Assembly: GCA_002269645.1 (NCBI GenBank)
Contig: NIVC01001677.1
Location: forward strand, 1 to 64,000
Length of the DNA stretch: 64,000 bases
Source: Macrostomum lignano
Lineage: Eukaryota
Reading direction: 5' to 3'
Shown: positions 42,485-58,212 of the stretch, one piece after another
How positions within the stretch are numbered: the stretch's first letter is position 1
Layout of the letters: each line of letters opens with the position of its first letter
Translations under genes and position numbers: made by a program
Notes under the pieces: generated by a model
Database searches by the model: none
Told to the model about the DNA's origin: nothing
The model's input: the letters and a program-made list of their open reading frames with translations, nothing else

Positions 42485-43061
42485 GTGGTGGGTATTTTGG
42501 TGAAGGGCATTGGGGGTGGTGGGTATTAGGGTGGTGGGTATTAGGGTGGTGGGTATTAGGGTGGTGGGTATTGGGGTGGTGGGTATTGGGGTGGTGGGTA
42601 CTGGGGTCGTGGGTATTAGGGTGGTGGGTATTGGGGCGGCGGGTATTAGGGTGGTGGGTATTGGGGTGGTGGGTACTGGGTCGTGGGTATTAGGGTGGTG
42701 GGTATTGGGGTGGTGGGTACTGGGGTCGTGGGTATTGGGTGGTGGGAGTTGGGTTGATGGGAGTTGGAGTGGTGGGAGTTGGGGTGATGGGAGTTGGGGT
42801 GATGGGAGTTGGAGTGATGGGAGTTGGGTGGTGGGAGCTGGGGTGGTGGGAGCTGGGGTGGTGGGAGCTGGGGTGGTGGGAGTTGGGGTGGTGGGAGCTG
42901 GGGTGGTGGGAGTTGGGGTGGTGGGAGCTGGGGTGGTGGGAGTTGGGGTGGTGGGAGCTGGGGTGGTGGGAGCTGGGGTGGTGGGAGCTGGGGTGGTGGG
43001 AGTTGGGGTGGTGGGAGCTGGGGTGGTGGGAGCTGGGGTGGTGGGAGCTGGGGTGGTGGGT
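42485..43061. repeat. 15-bp G-rich minisatellite, (ggggtggtgggtatt)n grading into (ggggtggtgggagct)n
   Basis: Direct inspection. Confidence 0.9.
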
Positions 43062-43987
43062 AAATGCGGTTGATTCTACGAAACGGTTGAATGAACAATT
43101 ATTGGAGACATCGTTACTGCAGAGGGAGATTTCTGCTAAGAAAAAATGCAGTCCATTTAACTTGCAGTCCAAGTTAAAGTCCAAACCAATTTTCAGTATC
43201 AATCGCGACCATTGCAATCTTAACAACTGCCTTTGCCAATGAAACTTTCACCAGTAATTATCACCGCATTAGTGCAGAAATCTCTGGAGCGCACATGTAA
43301 ACTAACCCCATCATAGCCTGCAAATTGAGCATCGGTCGGCTGGGATTCGAGGCATCCAGCTAGAATAGAAATTCTATTTTTTCCACTTCAAATCTACGTC
43401 GCATAAGGGATCGGGCTGTCAAGGATGGAAGGGTTGGTAGAGGGATAGGCCAGGAAATGAAGGCGAGCCCGCAGGCTAATGATGGATTATAAAAAATCGC
43501 ATTCATCATCTATCCAGCAGCCTGTGCCCGCGGTCCCCCCAGCTGGCACTCCGCGGCTGAAAAAGGGGGAAATGAAGGAGGCTTGAAATCCTCATCTCTA
43601 AACCGCCTCTCACCGTGTCTTCCATACCTTCCGCCACGCCCCACGACTTGTGGATTCCTAGTGCATGTTTATTATACTGCGAGCGTAATTGTACGGAATA
43701 AACAGAATGAATTCGCGTGCAACATCTCCGTTATTTAGTGTTGCGATGCAGTCCATCTCTATTAACATTGTTATCCCTGTGCTTGCCGTCCCCCGCTCAG
43801 CCTGCACAGCCATTGGCTAGCAGCAAGACTGCACCAGCCAATCTAAATCGGACCTGGGGGAAACAGGTCCCACCCCTTCTAGATATAGATATCTATAAGG
43901 CTGAAAGAGTCTGCAGTTAGCATTGAACTAGAGACTGCTCACGTGGTTCCCGAAGCTCAGCTCAGTTCGTCCCGATCCCAAACTCTC

Positions 43988-44290
43988 ATGTCTGACAGGG
44001 GAAACGAGAAGCAGCCGCCCCAGCAGGCGAAGGCGGCCGCCTGGGCGCCTCTGCGCAAACGCTTGGCGGTGATCCGCACCGTCAAACTCTTCTCCAAGGA
44101 GCCTCAGGCTGCGGCTGGCGCTCAGGGGGTCAAAGAGGAGCCCGTCGGGCGGGGCCGGAGTCACCAACTGCTGCATCAGCATCAGCATCATCATTTTCAT
44201 GACGACGGGGGAGTCTACTGCGGCGGTGACGGCGAGGATAGCGGGGACGATGGCGAAGGTGACTGCCAGAGCAATGCGCACTTGCTAATG
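43988..44290 (+). CDS. Putative first coding exon of an unidentified protein (MSDRGNEKQPP...WAPLRKRLAVIRTVKLF...HQHQHHH...AHLLM)
   Basis: GC-rich island in AT-rich/satellite context; ATG at 43988; ends at ATG|GTGAGT donor (phase 0). No family recognised. Confidence 0.45.
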
Positions 44291-44326
44291 GTGAGTCCGA
44301 TTTATTGATTGGATTGATAAAAAGAA

Positions 44327-44800
<474 letters not shown>

Positions 44801-45539
44801 ATCTATTGGGTTGCCAGCCAGCACTTGCCACAACAAGCATGGTTGGGCAAGCAGAGAGCAGAATGCAACAGCAGCAGCAGTGTTGAAAAAAAACTTGTTT
44901 AAAAAGCAGCCTTGACTGTCGAGTCACTGTCTGCAGGGCGCGCCCAGACACTACTGAGCTCTCAATCGGCCAAATTCAGAAGCAAGTACACTACTTCACT
45001 TCTTTGCACTTTTGTTATATTCCGCATGGCAAGGAGTAAGGCAGATATGCATTGGTGACTATTTGACTCAGTCTAAACTGAGACAGAGCGGGGATTGAAG
45101 GGAAAACTGAATTCACATTGAATGCAAGCCTATTAAAGTATTGTTTTGTAAAAATAATATCTGCTACAGTGTTATCAACAGTTAGAGATGAGCCAATCAT
45201 GAGGCGGCTCAATTGAGTCAATAAGGTGGTCGTGAGACTGGGCCCAGATGTTGCGCGCAGTGCTAGAAGTGCAAATCATTGCCCCGCCTTCTGCTTAGTT
45301 GCCATCAGTCTTGATCTAAGCTGTCAATCAATAATTTATGACAATGGCTTGCAGCCTGCGACTGCCGCATCTTCTCTTGTTTTAACTGGCAAGGAGACTC
45401 AGGGAAATATTTGAGAGGGGTCTGAGTCAGTTGGCTTGGCCGAATATGCAGATCGATAAGTCACATAATGATGGATTTCGGTGCAATGAGTATGGGCATT
45501 GCTTGTCCAATGCTCAGCTGTACCGATATCTTTAGCACT

Positions 45540-47135
45540 ATATCTCATCCTTTTCACTCTCCATCTCACCCTGTACCTCACTCTCCATTTCACCCTGTAC
45601 CTCACTCTCCATCTCACCCTGTACCTCACTCTCCATTTCACTCTGTACCTCACTCTCCATCTCACCCTGTACCTCACTCTCCATCTCACACTGTACCTCA
45701 CTCTCCATTTCACTCTGTACCTCACTCTCCATCTCACCCTGTACCTCACTCTCCATTTCACTCTGTACCTCACTATCCATCTCACCCTGTACCTCACCAT
45801 CCATTTCACACTGTACCTCACTCTCCATCTCACCCTGTACCTCACTCTCCATCTCACCCTGTACCTCACTCTCCATTTCACACTGTACCTCACTCTCCAT
45901 CTCACCCTGTACCTCACCATCCATTTCACACTGTACCTCACTCTCCATCTCACCCTGTACCTCACCCTCCATCTCACCCAGTACCTCACCCTCTATCTCA
46001 CCCTGTACTCCACCATCCATTTCACCCTGTACCTCACTCTCCATCTCACACTGTACCTCACCCTCCATCTCACCCTGTACCCCACCATCCATTTCACCCT
46101 GTACCTCACTCTCCATCTCACCCTGTACCTCACTCTCCATCTCACCCTGTACCTCACCCTCCATCTCACCCTGTACCTCACTCTCCATCTCACCCTGTAC
46201 CTCACCCTCCATCTCACCCTGTACCTCACTATCCATCTCACCCTGTACCTCACTCTCCATCTCACCCTGTACCTCACTATCCATCTCACCCTGTACCTCA
46301 CTATCCATCTCACCCTGTACCTCACCCTCCATCTCACCCTGTACCTCACTATCCATCTCACCCTGTACCTCACTCTCCATCTCACACTGTACCTCACTAT
46401 CCATCTCACCCTGTACCTCACCCTCCATCTCACACTGTACCTCACTCTCCATCTCACCCTGTACCTCACTATCCATCTCACCCTGTACCTCACCCTCCAT
46501 CTCACACTGTACCTCACTCTCCATCTCACCCTGTACTCCACTCTCCATCTCACACTGTACCTCACTCTCCATCTCACACTGTACCTCACTCACTATTTCA
46601 TACTGTACCTCACTCACCATTTCATACTGTACCTCACTCACCATCTCACACTGTACCTCACTCTCCATCTCACCCTGTACTCCACTCTCCATCTCACACT
46701 GTACCTCACTCTCCATCTCACACTGTACCTCACTATCCATTTCACACTGTACCTCACTCTCCATTTCACACTGTACCTCACTCTCCATCTCACACTGTAC
46801 CTCACTCTCCATCTCACACTGTACCTCACTCTCCATCTCACACTGTACCTCACTATCCATCTCACACTGTACCTCACTATCCATCTCACCCTGTACCTCA
46901 CCCTCCATCTCACCCTGTACCTCACCCTCCATTTCAGCTTGTACCTCACCCTCCATCTCACCCTGTACCTCACTCTCCATTTCAGCTTGTACCTCACCCT
47001 CCATCTCACCCTGTACCTCACCCTCCATTTCACTCTGTACCTCACTCTCCATCTCACACTGTACCCCACTCTCCATCTCACACTGTACCTCACTCTCCAT
47101 CTCACACTGTACCTCACCCTCCATTTCAGCTTGTA
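45540..47135. repeat. 24-bp minisatellite (ctcactctccatctcaccctgtac)n
   Basis: ~66 units. Confidence 0.95.
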
Positions 47136-47817
47136 CGTCTCCACATTAATTCCAGTGAACTAGCTGACAGCAAACCCTACTGGGTAATCAATCATATTTT
47201 TGTCTCAAAACTAACTAAACAGGGTGGACAGAAAGACAGGGGTGGGCAGCAATATTATAGTGGAGATAAATAACTGGTTCTGACGGGGGGAGGCAGTCTA
47301 TGACAATCCTTTCTGTAGAAATAAAAGTATATTAGTTATAATATATATATATATATATATATTAATTTATAGCCAAAGACCTTTACCAGCCAAAGACACT
47401 TGAATAGAGCTTTGACTTATTAAATTTTCACGCACGGACAGAGGTCCTCTAAAGCTTATTATTGCGACAGTTTGGAAGAGGGAGAGAGAGAAGGGGAGTT
47501 GAGGTAATGCCGGATGAGTGACCAACTGAATGGGAATTGAGCATTGTGTGAGTCCCAAGCACACACACACACACACCCTCAGCAGGTTTACCAAGTGACC
47601 TGCCACTCTTATTAACTCACTCTGACTCACGGAATCTATTCCACTTTTTTTACCGAAGAGGAAGGCAGATAGTCGTCTCGTGTATGGAGCTGCTACTCAG
47701 AACTTGGACAGTTCGCTTCGCTGGTTTCATTGAATAGAAAGGCGCTGTCAGGCGGGCATCCGTGATTGTGCATTCCGGTCAGCACAATAGTGATCTTGAG
47801 AATCAGACAGTATTGCG

Positions 47818-48720
47818 AGGAGTGGGTGCGAGGAGGAGAGGTGGGTACGAGGAGAGAGGCGGGTGCGAGGAGGGAGGTGGGTACGAGGAGGGAGGTGGGT
47901 GCGAGGAGGGAGGTGGTTGAGAGGAGGGAGGTGGGTGCGAGGAGGGAGGCGGGTGCGAGGAGGGAGGTGGTTGAGAGGAGGGAGGTGGGTGCGAGGAGGG
48001 AGATGAGTGAGTGGATGGAGGTGAGTGCGAGGAGAGAGGTGTGTGAGTGGAGGGAGGTGGGTGAGAGGAGGGGAGGCGGGTACGAGGAGGGAGGTGGGTG
48101 CAAGACTGGAAATGGGTGCGAGGAGGGAGGTGGGTGAGTGGAGGGAGGTGGGTGAGTGGAGGGAGGTGGGTGAGAGGAGGGAGGTGGGTGAGAGGAGGGA
48201 GGTGGGTGCGAGGAGAGAGGTGGGTGAGTGGAGGGAGGTGGGTGAGAGGAGGGGAGGCGGGTACGAGGAGGGAGGTGGGTGCAAGACTGGAAATGGGTGC
48301 GAGGAGGGAGGTGGGTGAGTGGAGGGAGGTGGGTGAGTGGAGGGAGGTGGGTGAGTGGAGGGAGGTGGGTGAGAGGAGGGAGGTGGGTGAGAGGAGGGAG
48401 GTGGTTGAGAGGAGGGAGGTGGGTGCGAGGAGAGAGGTGGGTGAGAGGAGGGAGGTGGGTGAGAGGAGAGAGGTGGGTGCGAGGAGGGAGGTGGGTGAGA
48501 GGAGGGTGGTGGGTGAGAGGAGGGAGGTGGGTGAGAGGAGAGAGGTGGGTGCGAGGAGGGAGGTGGGTGAGTGGAGGGAGGTGGGTGAGTGGAGGGAGGT
48601 GGGTGAGAGGAGAGAGGTGGGTGCGAGGAGGGAGGTGGGTGAGAGGAGAGAGGTGGGTGCGAGGAGGGAGGTGGGTGAGTGGAGGGAGGTGGGTGAGTGG
48701 AGGGAGGTGGGTGAGAGGAG
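47818..48720. repeat. 18-bp G-rich minisatellite (gaggagggaggtgggtgc)n with an internal ~180-bp duplication
   Basis: The marker caagactggaaatgggtgc occurs twice (~48100, ~48280). Confidence 0.9.
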
Positions 48721-49629
48721 GGGCTAGTGCGATAAGGTGAGGAGAGGAGTATTCTTTAATGAAATTTCGCAGACAGCAGATTCTAGTCAGACGATATTCA
48801 AACTAAAAAGTCCAGTCACACTAACTAGGAGATTTTTTACTTTGAGAGCTCGGGTTACTCATGTAGCACCAGGAGGTGGGGGGTTGTAGATCAGTCTTGC
48901 CTACAACTGAAGTAGTTAACAAGAGTAACAAAATCAAAGTAGCACTACTGCAGTGGCGCCTCAAATTAATGACCCCATCGCCCTTTGCGTACCAACCAGA
49001 GTAGCAAGCAGCAGCGGCCTCAGGTGTCTCAAAAAGGGGTAGACACACCGTCTTCTTCTGCCCACAGTCTCGTTAATTTTTTGACGGACGCAACGAATTG
49101 TAGGTATGTTTACTCTTAGCAGAGTTCCACAGTAAGATTTGGCAAGATTTTCACCCTCAGGCGGATAGCAGATGACAAACTGCAACATGAAGGTGTGGCA
49201 GGGTAGAAGGGCAAAGAAAAGACTGCAGGTTGATAAAGGCTAGGCGGGGGGGGGGGTTGCCAGTCTCCCTGACGTGGGACATTCGGAACGAGCGCCTTCG
49301 ACACGACCTCATGTTGGTCGCTGGGGGCCTGAAAATCTTGTTTGACTGACAGGTGCAGCTTTAGGGAATAATAAGCAATACTATTATGTGCTGGCTGTAG
49401 TACACACACCTGTGTTAGAGGAATTAATAAGACTTCAACGGAGGCAGGGGTATGGTTCAGAGAGATGGGCAAATGCCAGCTCGCGATAGAGCGTCTCTCA
49501 CTCTGCTTCCTCTTGATGAAGCTCAGAGTTCGGGTCGGAGAAGAGAGTGGAGAGGCCCTCCCGGAAGCAGGGAAGAGGGGAGTAAGACTGTGTTGGTGGA
49601 GAGCTCAGAGGCCAAGCTAATGATGATGC

Positions 49630-50315
49630 GGAGTGGAGGTGAGAAGAAAGAGTGGAGGTGAGAAGGGAGAGTGGAGGTGAGAAGGGAGAGTGTAGGTGAG
49701 AAGGGAGAGTGAGAAGGGAGAGTGGAGGTGAGAAGGGAGAGTGAGAAGGGAGAGTGGAGGGGAGAAGGGAGGGTGAGAATGGAGAGTGGAGGTGAGAAGG
49801 GAGAAGAGAGGGGAGAAGGGAGAGTGGAGGTGAGAAGGGGGAGTGAGAAGGGAGAGTGGAGGAGAGAAGGGAGAGTGGAGGAGAGAAGAGAGATTGAGAA
49901 GGGAGAGTGGAGGTGAGAACGGAGAGTGGAGGGGAGAACGGAGAGTGGAGGGGAGAAGGGAGGGGAGAAGGGAGAGTGGAGGGGAGAAGGGAGGGTGAGA
50001 AGGGAGAGTGGAGGTGAGAAGGGAGAAGAGAGGGGAGAAGGGAGAGTGGAGGGGAGAAGGGAGGGGAGAAGGGAGAGTGGTGGTGAGAAGGGAGAAGAGA
50101 GGGGAGAAGGGAGAGTGGAGGGGAGAAGGGAGAGTGGAGGGGAGAAGGGAGGGGAGAACGGAGAGTGGAGGGGAGAAGGGAGGGGAGAAGGGAGAGTGGA
50201 GGGGAGAAGGGAGGGTGAGAAGGGAGAGTGGAGGTGAGAAGGGAGAAGAGAGGGGAGAAGGGAGAGTGGAGGGGAGAAGGGAGAGTGAGAAGGGAGGGTG
50301 GAAGCGAGAAGGGAG
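49630..50315. repeat. ~19-bp purine-rich minisatellite (gaagggagagtggaggtga)n
   Basis: Direct inspection. Confidence 0.9.
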
Positions 50316-51061
50316 AGGAATCAGAAACGATACTGCAAGCACAATTAGAAAGAGAATAAACAATCAGGCATCTCATCAATAATAGAAATTCCGCAATTCT
50401 GTTAATTCCTCATCTGGCTATTTTCCACGATAAGGCTCTGCTCTCAGCTGAATTAGCCCAGGTGATTCAAGCCCTATCCTCAGAGATCTTCAAGAAAGGA
50501 TGAGCTTAAGAATGCATGAACACTCGCATTGGAGCTAGGAATGACTTAAACTGCTCACACATGCGAGGGTACAAGAAAGCAATGATAGGAACTCACTTCA
50601 TTCCTCAGGCCCACCTCATCAACCCAGCCTGTCAGTTTCCGACTCAGCTCACGCCAGCACTGAGGGGAGGCCTTCCCACGCCCTTCTTGCCTCTCCATTC
50701 TCCTTCTGTATTTCTGCATTCTCGCTTCTTTAACAAAAAAGAGAATTCCGACTGCAAAGTAGGAAAGTGTAAAAGTTCGCGCGGATCGCTGTCTGGGTCC
50801 CGGGAAGACGGGAACTCACAGCAAGGATTAGATGAAGGCTCATAACAGTGCAATGTCTTAGTCATGGCTTCAGGGCACAGCAGCTGCCAGTCTCCTATGA
50901 TAACGATCCGACTTTATTGATTCAGGCTTGTGATACTCTCGCTTCCCACATGTGCACGCGGTATCAAGTGCTCTCTCCGACTTGTGTTTCATCGGGTTCT
51001 GCTGCTCTCAGCTTTTCCTTGTTTGATGCGCTCAAGCATTCCATCTGCGACTCCCCTTGTC

Positions 51062-51300
51062 CCCTCTCTCTTTCCCTGCTCTCCTTCTCTCCCTCTCTCC
51101 CTCTCTCCCTCTCTCCCTCTGTCTTTCTCTCTTCTCCTTTTCTCCTTCTCTCCACCCCTCCCTCTTTTTTTCCTCCCTCTCTCCTCTCTCCCTCTCTCCC
51201 TCTCTCCCTCTCTCCCTCTCTCCCTCTCTCCCTCTCTCCCTCTCTCCCTCTCTCCCTCTCTCCCTCTCTTGATCTTCTTCTCTCCTTTCTTCCCTCTCTT
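51062..51300. repeat. CT-rich tract, (ctctctcc)n-like
   Basis: Direct inspection. Confidence 0.85.
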
Positions 51301-51939
51301 TCACCCTGCAATCCCCTCTCCTATCTCCGTATCCAATCTCACACTCTGCTTATTGTCTCCCTCGCCCCTCCGTTCCCTGGCTCTACCCCTACTATACCAC
51401 TCTCTTTCGCCTCTCCTCAGCCACCCCTCTCCCGCAAATAATCTTCTCAATCGCGCGAAGTACTCAACTTTCTTAGTCTGATTGGCCTGGCTTCGCTGCA
51501 ACCTTGGTCCATTTTCTGCATTAATACCTCCACCCATCCACCACTATTGCAACCCCCCCCCACGCCCGATTTGCCGCTAATTGGCTATCAACAGGTGCAC
51601 AAACACCGCGTTGAAATGGAGATAGAATTCTTCATCTGCTCGGCAGCTGCAGACTGATTTTATCGCTCGTAGTAAGATTTCTACGAATGCATTATACAGA
51701 TAGCATGCTTGAATTGTTTAGCCATTTCTGTCAGTAAGTTTGAGGTAAAGTTGTACTTTATATCCACTAAAATAAAGAATTATAATTTATACACTAATCC
51801 GTTTATTATCACACTGCCAGCCATAAGGTATTGGTTGTAGTCGTTAAGCGTCGTTAACCAAGTTAAGCAGAGTTAGAAGCGGATAGTTGTTTGCAACATT
51901 TCTGATGCCTTGTTGTGATAGGGTAGCAGAAGTCCTCAC

Positions 51940-52345
51940 TGTACAAGATACATGCGTATGTACAAGATAGTACTGTAGAAGTTATGTAAAAGATAGCACT
52001 GTACAATTCAAGTTATGTACAGGATAGCACTGTAGAACTTTTGTACAAGATAGCGCCTAAGAAGTTACGTACAAGATAGCAGCTTAGAAGTTACGTACAA
52101 GATAGCAGCTTAGAAGTTACGTACAAGATAGCGCCTTAAAAGTTACGTACAAGATAGCGCCTTAGAAGTTACGTACAAGATAGCGCCTTAGAAGTTACGT
52201 ACAAGATAGCGCCTTAGAAGTTACGACCAAGATAGCGCCTTAGAAGTTACGTACAAGATAGCGCCTTAAAAGTTACGTACAAGATTGCACTGTAAAAGTT
52301 ATGTACAAGATAGCACTATGCTGTACAAGATATGTACAAGATAGC
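51940..52345. repeat. 26-bp minisatellite (gtacaagatagcgccttagaagttac)n
   Basis: Direct inspection. Confidence 0.9.
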
Positions 52346-52734
52346 TCTGTACATGTGCAAATATAGAACGGTACAAGACGTACACATCCAAACCCTGTCG
52401 ATGAGTGAGCTCAATTGTTATTTAAAACTGACAAATTGAATCCTTCGAACTGAAGGCCATTTGAAATGCACCAACAAGTGCAGTAGAAGCAGTCTAATCT
52501 GGACCTTTCTAATCAGTCCAATTCTAATGAATCAAATTTTGATAAGACAGAAAATCATGCAATAATATTAACCCGTATAAATTGCCACGAGCACAAAGAT
52601 TAAGGAGTATTTCTTTAAAAATTAATTTAAAATACAAAGAAATACAATTTTAATTGCTACATATCAGTGTTATTAGTTTTTGTCACGAAAGGCTGTGTGC
52701 GCGTAAAATCAGGTTTAGTGTGCAATAATTGTAA

Positions 52735-53110
52735 GTGTACAGACTCAGGTTCAAGTGTACAGATTTAGTTCGTGTGTACAGAATCAGGTTCAAGTGTACA
52801 GATTTTGTTCGTGCGTACAGAATCAGATCAAGTGTACAGAATCAGATCAAGTGTACAGAATCAGATGAAGTGTACAGACGACTTAAATGTACACTGACCA
52901 GTGCAATGTACACTGACCAGTGCAATGTACACTGACCAGTGCAATGTACACTGACCAGTGCAATGTACACTGACCAGTGCAATTTACACTGACCAGTGCA
53001 ATGTACACTGATCATTTCAATGTACACTGACCATTTCAATGTACACTGACCATTTCAATGTACACTGACCAGTGAAATGTACACTGACCAGTGCAATGTA
53101 CATTGATCAA
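52735..53110. repeat. Two adjacent ~19-bp arrays: (aagtgtacagaatcagatc)n, then (aatgtacactgaccagtgc)n
   Basis: Direct inspection. Confidence 0.85.
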
Positions 53111-53687
53111 TTCTAAAGACTTAATTCCTAGCCACTAAAAGCAAAAACCATTAGCTGAGCCATTTTGGGACGCAGCAGTCAGCCTCTTTCAATCCCTGTG
53201 CTGATGCTGATATTCACAGAGGTCCCAACTAGCTGAGCCACTGAATGTGACGATCAAATATTAAGCTTTACTTTCGAAAGGATCGAATAGAAAACAGAAA
53301 GCAATATTTCTCTGTGGGAGTTTTGCCCTCCCACTACTGCCCTAGCCCTGGCTTGCGTAAATCCACCCAGAAAAAAATGATTAGGAAGCCAAAAGCCAGA
53401 AATTCTCCTCGATTTATATTTGGGGAAGAAAAACACTGTATGCAGAGTTTGCCGAGAAAATAGAGATGGCAGAGATGAAGGCATGGAAAAAAGATTTGTA
53501 TAAAAGGCATAGGCAGTCAGACTTTAGGATAGAGATTTTGATGGGAAATATGATTGAGTATACCGGTAGGCTCCAAGGCCATTGGGGTGTCTTGTAAGAC
53601 TTTGCTTGTAAAGATTGAATTAGCTAATTTGAATTTGTTGTTAGTGCGAGTTCGAACAACTATATCAATCCAGGTTTTGCTAAAAAG

Positions 53688-54450
53688 CGTCTTGTGTCTT
53701 GTGTCTTGTGTCTTGTATCTTGTGTCTTGTATCTTGTATCTTGTGTCTTGTGTCTTGTGTCTTGTGTCTTGTGTCTGGTGTCTTGCGTCTTGTGTTCTGT
53801 GTCTTGTGTCTTGCGTCTTGTGTCTTGCGTCTTGTGTCTTGCGTCTTGTGTCTTGTGTCTTGTGTCTTGTGTCTTGCTTCATGTGTTCTGTGTCTTGTGT
53901 CTTGCGTCTTGTGTCTTGCGTCTTGTGTCTTGTGTCTTGTGTCTTGTGTCTTGTGTCTTGTGTCTTGCTTCATGTGTTCTGTGTCTTGTGTCTTGCGTCT
54001 TGTGTCTTGCGTCTTGTGTCTTGTGTCTTGTGTCTTGCTTCATGTGTTCTGTGTCTTGTGTCTTGCGTCTTGTGTCTTGCGTCTTGTGTCTTGTGTCTTG
54101 TGTCTTGTGTCTTGTGTCTTGTGTCTTGTGTCTTGCGTCTTGTGTCTTGCGTCTTGTGTCTTGTGTCTTGTGTCTTGTGTCTTGTGTCTTGTGTCTTGCT
54201 TCATGTGTTCTGTGTCTTGTGTCTTGCGTCTTGTGTCTTGCGTCTTGTGTCTTGTGTCGTGTCTTGTGTCTTGTGTCTTGTGTCTTGTGTCTTGTGTCTT
54301 GTGTCTTGTGTCTTGTGTCTTGTGTCTTGCTTCATGTGTTCTGTGTCTTGTGTCTCCTGTCTTGTCTTTTGTGTATTTTCTCTCGTTTCTTGTTTCTTGT
54401 GTCTGATTTCTTATGCCTTGTCTCTTTCTTTTGTGTCTTGTGTGTTGTGT
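53688..54450. repeat. 7-bp satellite (cttgtgt)n with periodic gcttcatgtgttct interruptions
   Basis: Direct inspection. Confidence 0.95.
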
Positions 54451-55246
54451 CTAGCACTTTCTATATCCTTTTGTGCTAAGCCTAGAGCTACAAAAATCCA
54501 TTAGACTAAAAATTGTCTTGAACTAAAATTGCGCCTAAAATAAGCTTCACTTCTCAAGCGACCACCGACCTGCCCCGGTCTAATTCGAGTTTAATTGGAC
54601 TCTCTCTGTTCGTGTTGAAACTCAATTTCATTCTCTCCGTTAAGTCAACCGCACACTCCTACTCTCTTTGCTCTTTCATACTGGCTATATAATAATCACT
54701 TTAGTAATGCCAACAACGCGGCACTACTACAGTCCACACGCATATCTGAGCACATATGTAATCTATAATGCAAAAGAAATTTGCATTTTGACGAGGGCCA
54801 GTCGCGAGAAGGCGGACGGCACAGAGTTTGACGAAATGAAAACTCGCCACTGCCCGCCGAGGAGGGGGGGGGGGTTGAGGAGGGGGAGCCTGAGCTCGAA
54901 TCCCACCCGCCCTGGGTCGAGAGACATTGCGGCTGACCTAGGTGGAGATTCTGCGTGCCCTGCGGCCAGATTAGCGATCCACTTAATGCACGAGCAGCCA
55001 TAGCTGTGTATGATATATGAATATAATATTACCCACATCCGGTTAGTTTAACTTCCGGAAATTGCGATCGAACGACGGCTCGGCTAGTCAAGACAGAAGC
55101 CAGATATATGAGCCCCCCCCCCCAGAAAGTGCTTCACCCCCCAACTGCTTGAGCTCCCTTCCCGCTCCTCTCCTCCACCTCGCTGCCCAACTGCAGGATC
55201 TCTGAAAAAAACACCTGCCCAAAGCATTCGTTCTCAAACGATGTGC

Positions 55247-56134
<888 letters not shown>

Positions 56135-57039
56135 GATCTTTCTCTCCTACCTGAGCTATATAAGAATATCGCTACGTAAAATAGCCTCCCTTTCAGGTCA
56201 ATGTCACCCTAGCTCAATCAGTTTTTGATATAATCTACGGCATAAAAAATCGCTTCAAATTTTAGCTAACTTTATACTAACAGTAGTGCGAAACGAATTT
56301 GAGAAAAATTTTGCTAAAACCATCGCTTCGAGTAGCGAAGTCGGCAGATCCAGCAAATCTAATTATCGTTTGAGTAAAAGCTTCATCGTTTGAGTAAAAG
56401 CTTCATCGATGAGAAGCGGAGGCAGAGCCCAGAGCCTTCTAAAAATAATGCACTTCAGCTGGCGTTCGGGTCGGGAAGTATGAGTATGCAGAGACAGATT
56501 TAATAGGAAAATATCTGCCAACTATGAAAGCAGTCCTAGTAATCCTTATTTTTTATCCCCAGTTAGGGAAGTGGAACATCTGCCAGCGTTCTGAGAGTGC
56601 AGTGCTGTGGGAGAGTGAACGGTGAGGTTTAGGGACAGAACAGTTTTGGACAGTGCTTCATCTCACTCCTCATTCCCCACATGCAGTGTCACAAGGCGCA
56701 GTTGCAAGCTCAACCCTGTCTCATGTCGGAAACAGGCTCATAACTCATACCAGATTAATTAGTCTATCTCTGGAGCACACTTCAAAAATATCAGTTTTTT
56801 ATCTTTGCATCGGACAAACTGGATATGACTTATAAAATTGTCCGGGCAGTCAACCATGCCAGTTGGAAATTGAGTACATTTACACGAAATTAGAGATTGA
56901 AATCGCTCCCTAGTCTCTTGCGCTTCCTTGTCGAGTGCTTTTGTAAATGTTTAAGAGATTTCAATACATTTGATCTACTCGACAAATGCATACCAAAAAT
57001 CACCCAACACCCACGGCACAAAACACATCACAGTACACT

Positions 57040-57760
57040 CTACCCAAAGCACCCACCACCCCACAGCGCCCACCACCACACAGCGCCCACCACATCACAG
57101 AACACTCCACCCAAAGCACCCACCACCCCACAGCGCCCACCACCCCACAGCGCCCACCACCACACAGCGCCCACCACATCACAGAACACTCCACCCAAAG
57201 CACCCACCACCCCAAAGCACCCACCACCCCACAGCGCCCACCACCACACAGCGCCCACCACATCACAGAACACTCCACCCAAAGCACCCACCACCCCACA
57301 GCACCCACCACCCCACAGCGCCCACCACCCCACAGCGCCCACCAACCCACAGCGCCCACCACCCCACAGCGCCCACCACCCCACAGCGCCCACCACCCCA
57401 CAGCGCCCACCACCCCACAGCGCCCACCACCCCACAATGCCCACGACCCCACAGCGCCCACCACCCCACAGCGCCCACCACCCCACAGCGCCTACGACCC
57501 CACAGCGCCCACCACCCCACAGCGCCCACCACCCCACAGCGCCTACGACCCCACAGCGGCCATCACTCCACAGCGGCCACCATCCCACAGCGCCCACCAT
57601 CCCACAGCGCCCACCACCCCACAGCGACCATCACTCCACAGCGGCCACCATCCCGCAGCGCCCACCACCCCACAGCGCCCACCACCCCACAGCGCCTACG
57701 ACCCCACAGCGACCACCACTCCACAGCGGCCACCACTCCACAGCGGCCACCATCCCACAG
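57040..57760. repeat. 17-bp C-rich minisatellite (ccccacagcgcccacca)n
   Basis: Direct inspection. Confidence 0.9.
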
Positions 57761-58176
57761 GGCCCAGAACAAAAGCACAAAGCACCTCAGACCAAAGCAC
57801 ACAATTACAATTAGCAAGCACAACGTATTATTGTAAGTCATTCGATGCAAAATCATTCTCTGCAGGCAAAGGCATTGCAGAGAGCTCATTGAGTTTAGTG
57901 CCGAGAAAGACACTTACTCCAGAGAGTTGCTCCATCGCCATCCATCAGTGGCTGGCTAGAAGCCCGTGGGCCAATCAGAATGCCAGGATCAAATAGGAAA
58001 TGAGAGAAAACGATACACTCAGACAGGAAGAGCTCCCGTAGATTTTAGATCCAGCAAACAGAAACAAAACTGCTTCCAACTTCCTCTACACTCGACATAG
58101 TAGCAGAAGCCTGCAACATAGATAGATTGTCACAGAAACATGAGCCAACAGGTACAGTGTAAGTCCTCTGCCCCAG

Positions 58177-58181
58177 GAACC

Positions 58182-58212
<31 letters not shown>

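Noticed and set aside
44818-44886. Possible short terminal exon PALATTSMVGQ...QQQQC* after the GATA array
   Set aside because: Weak acceptor and no homology; cannot be supported without transcripts.
45468-47273. 500-600-aa periodic ORFs, and similar ones at 1339-3368, 18127-19137, 25449-27361, 39354-43242, 47693-51481, 53517-57996 and 59377-62567
   Set aside because: All coincide with tandem arrays and are open in several frames on both strands; no splice or codon support.
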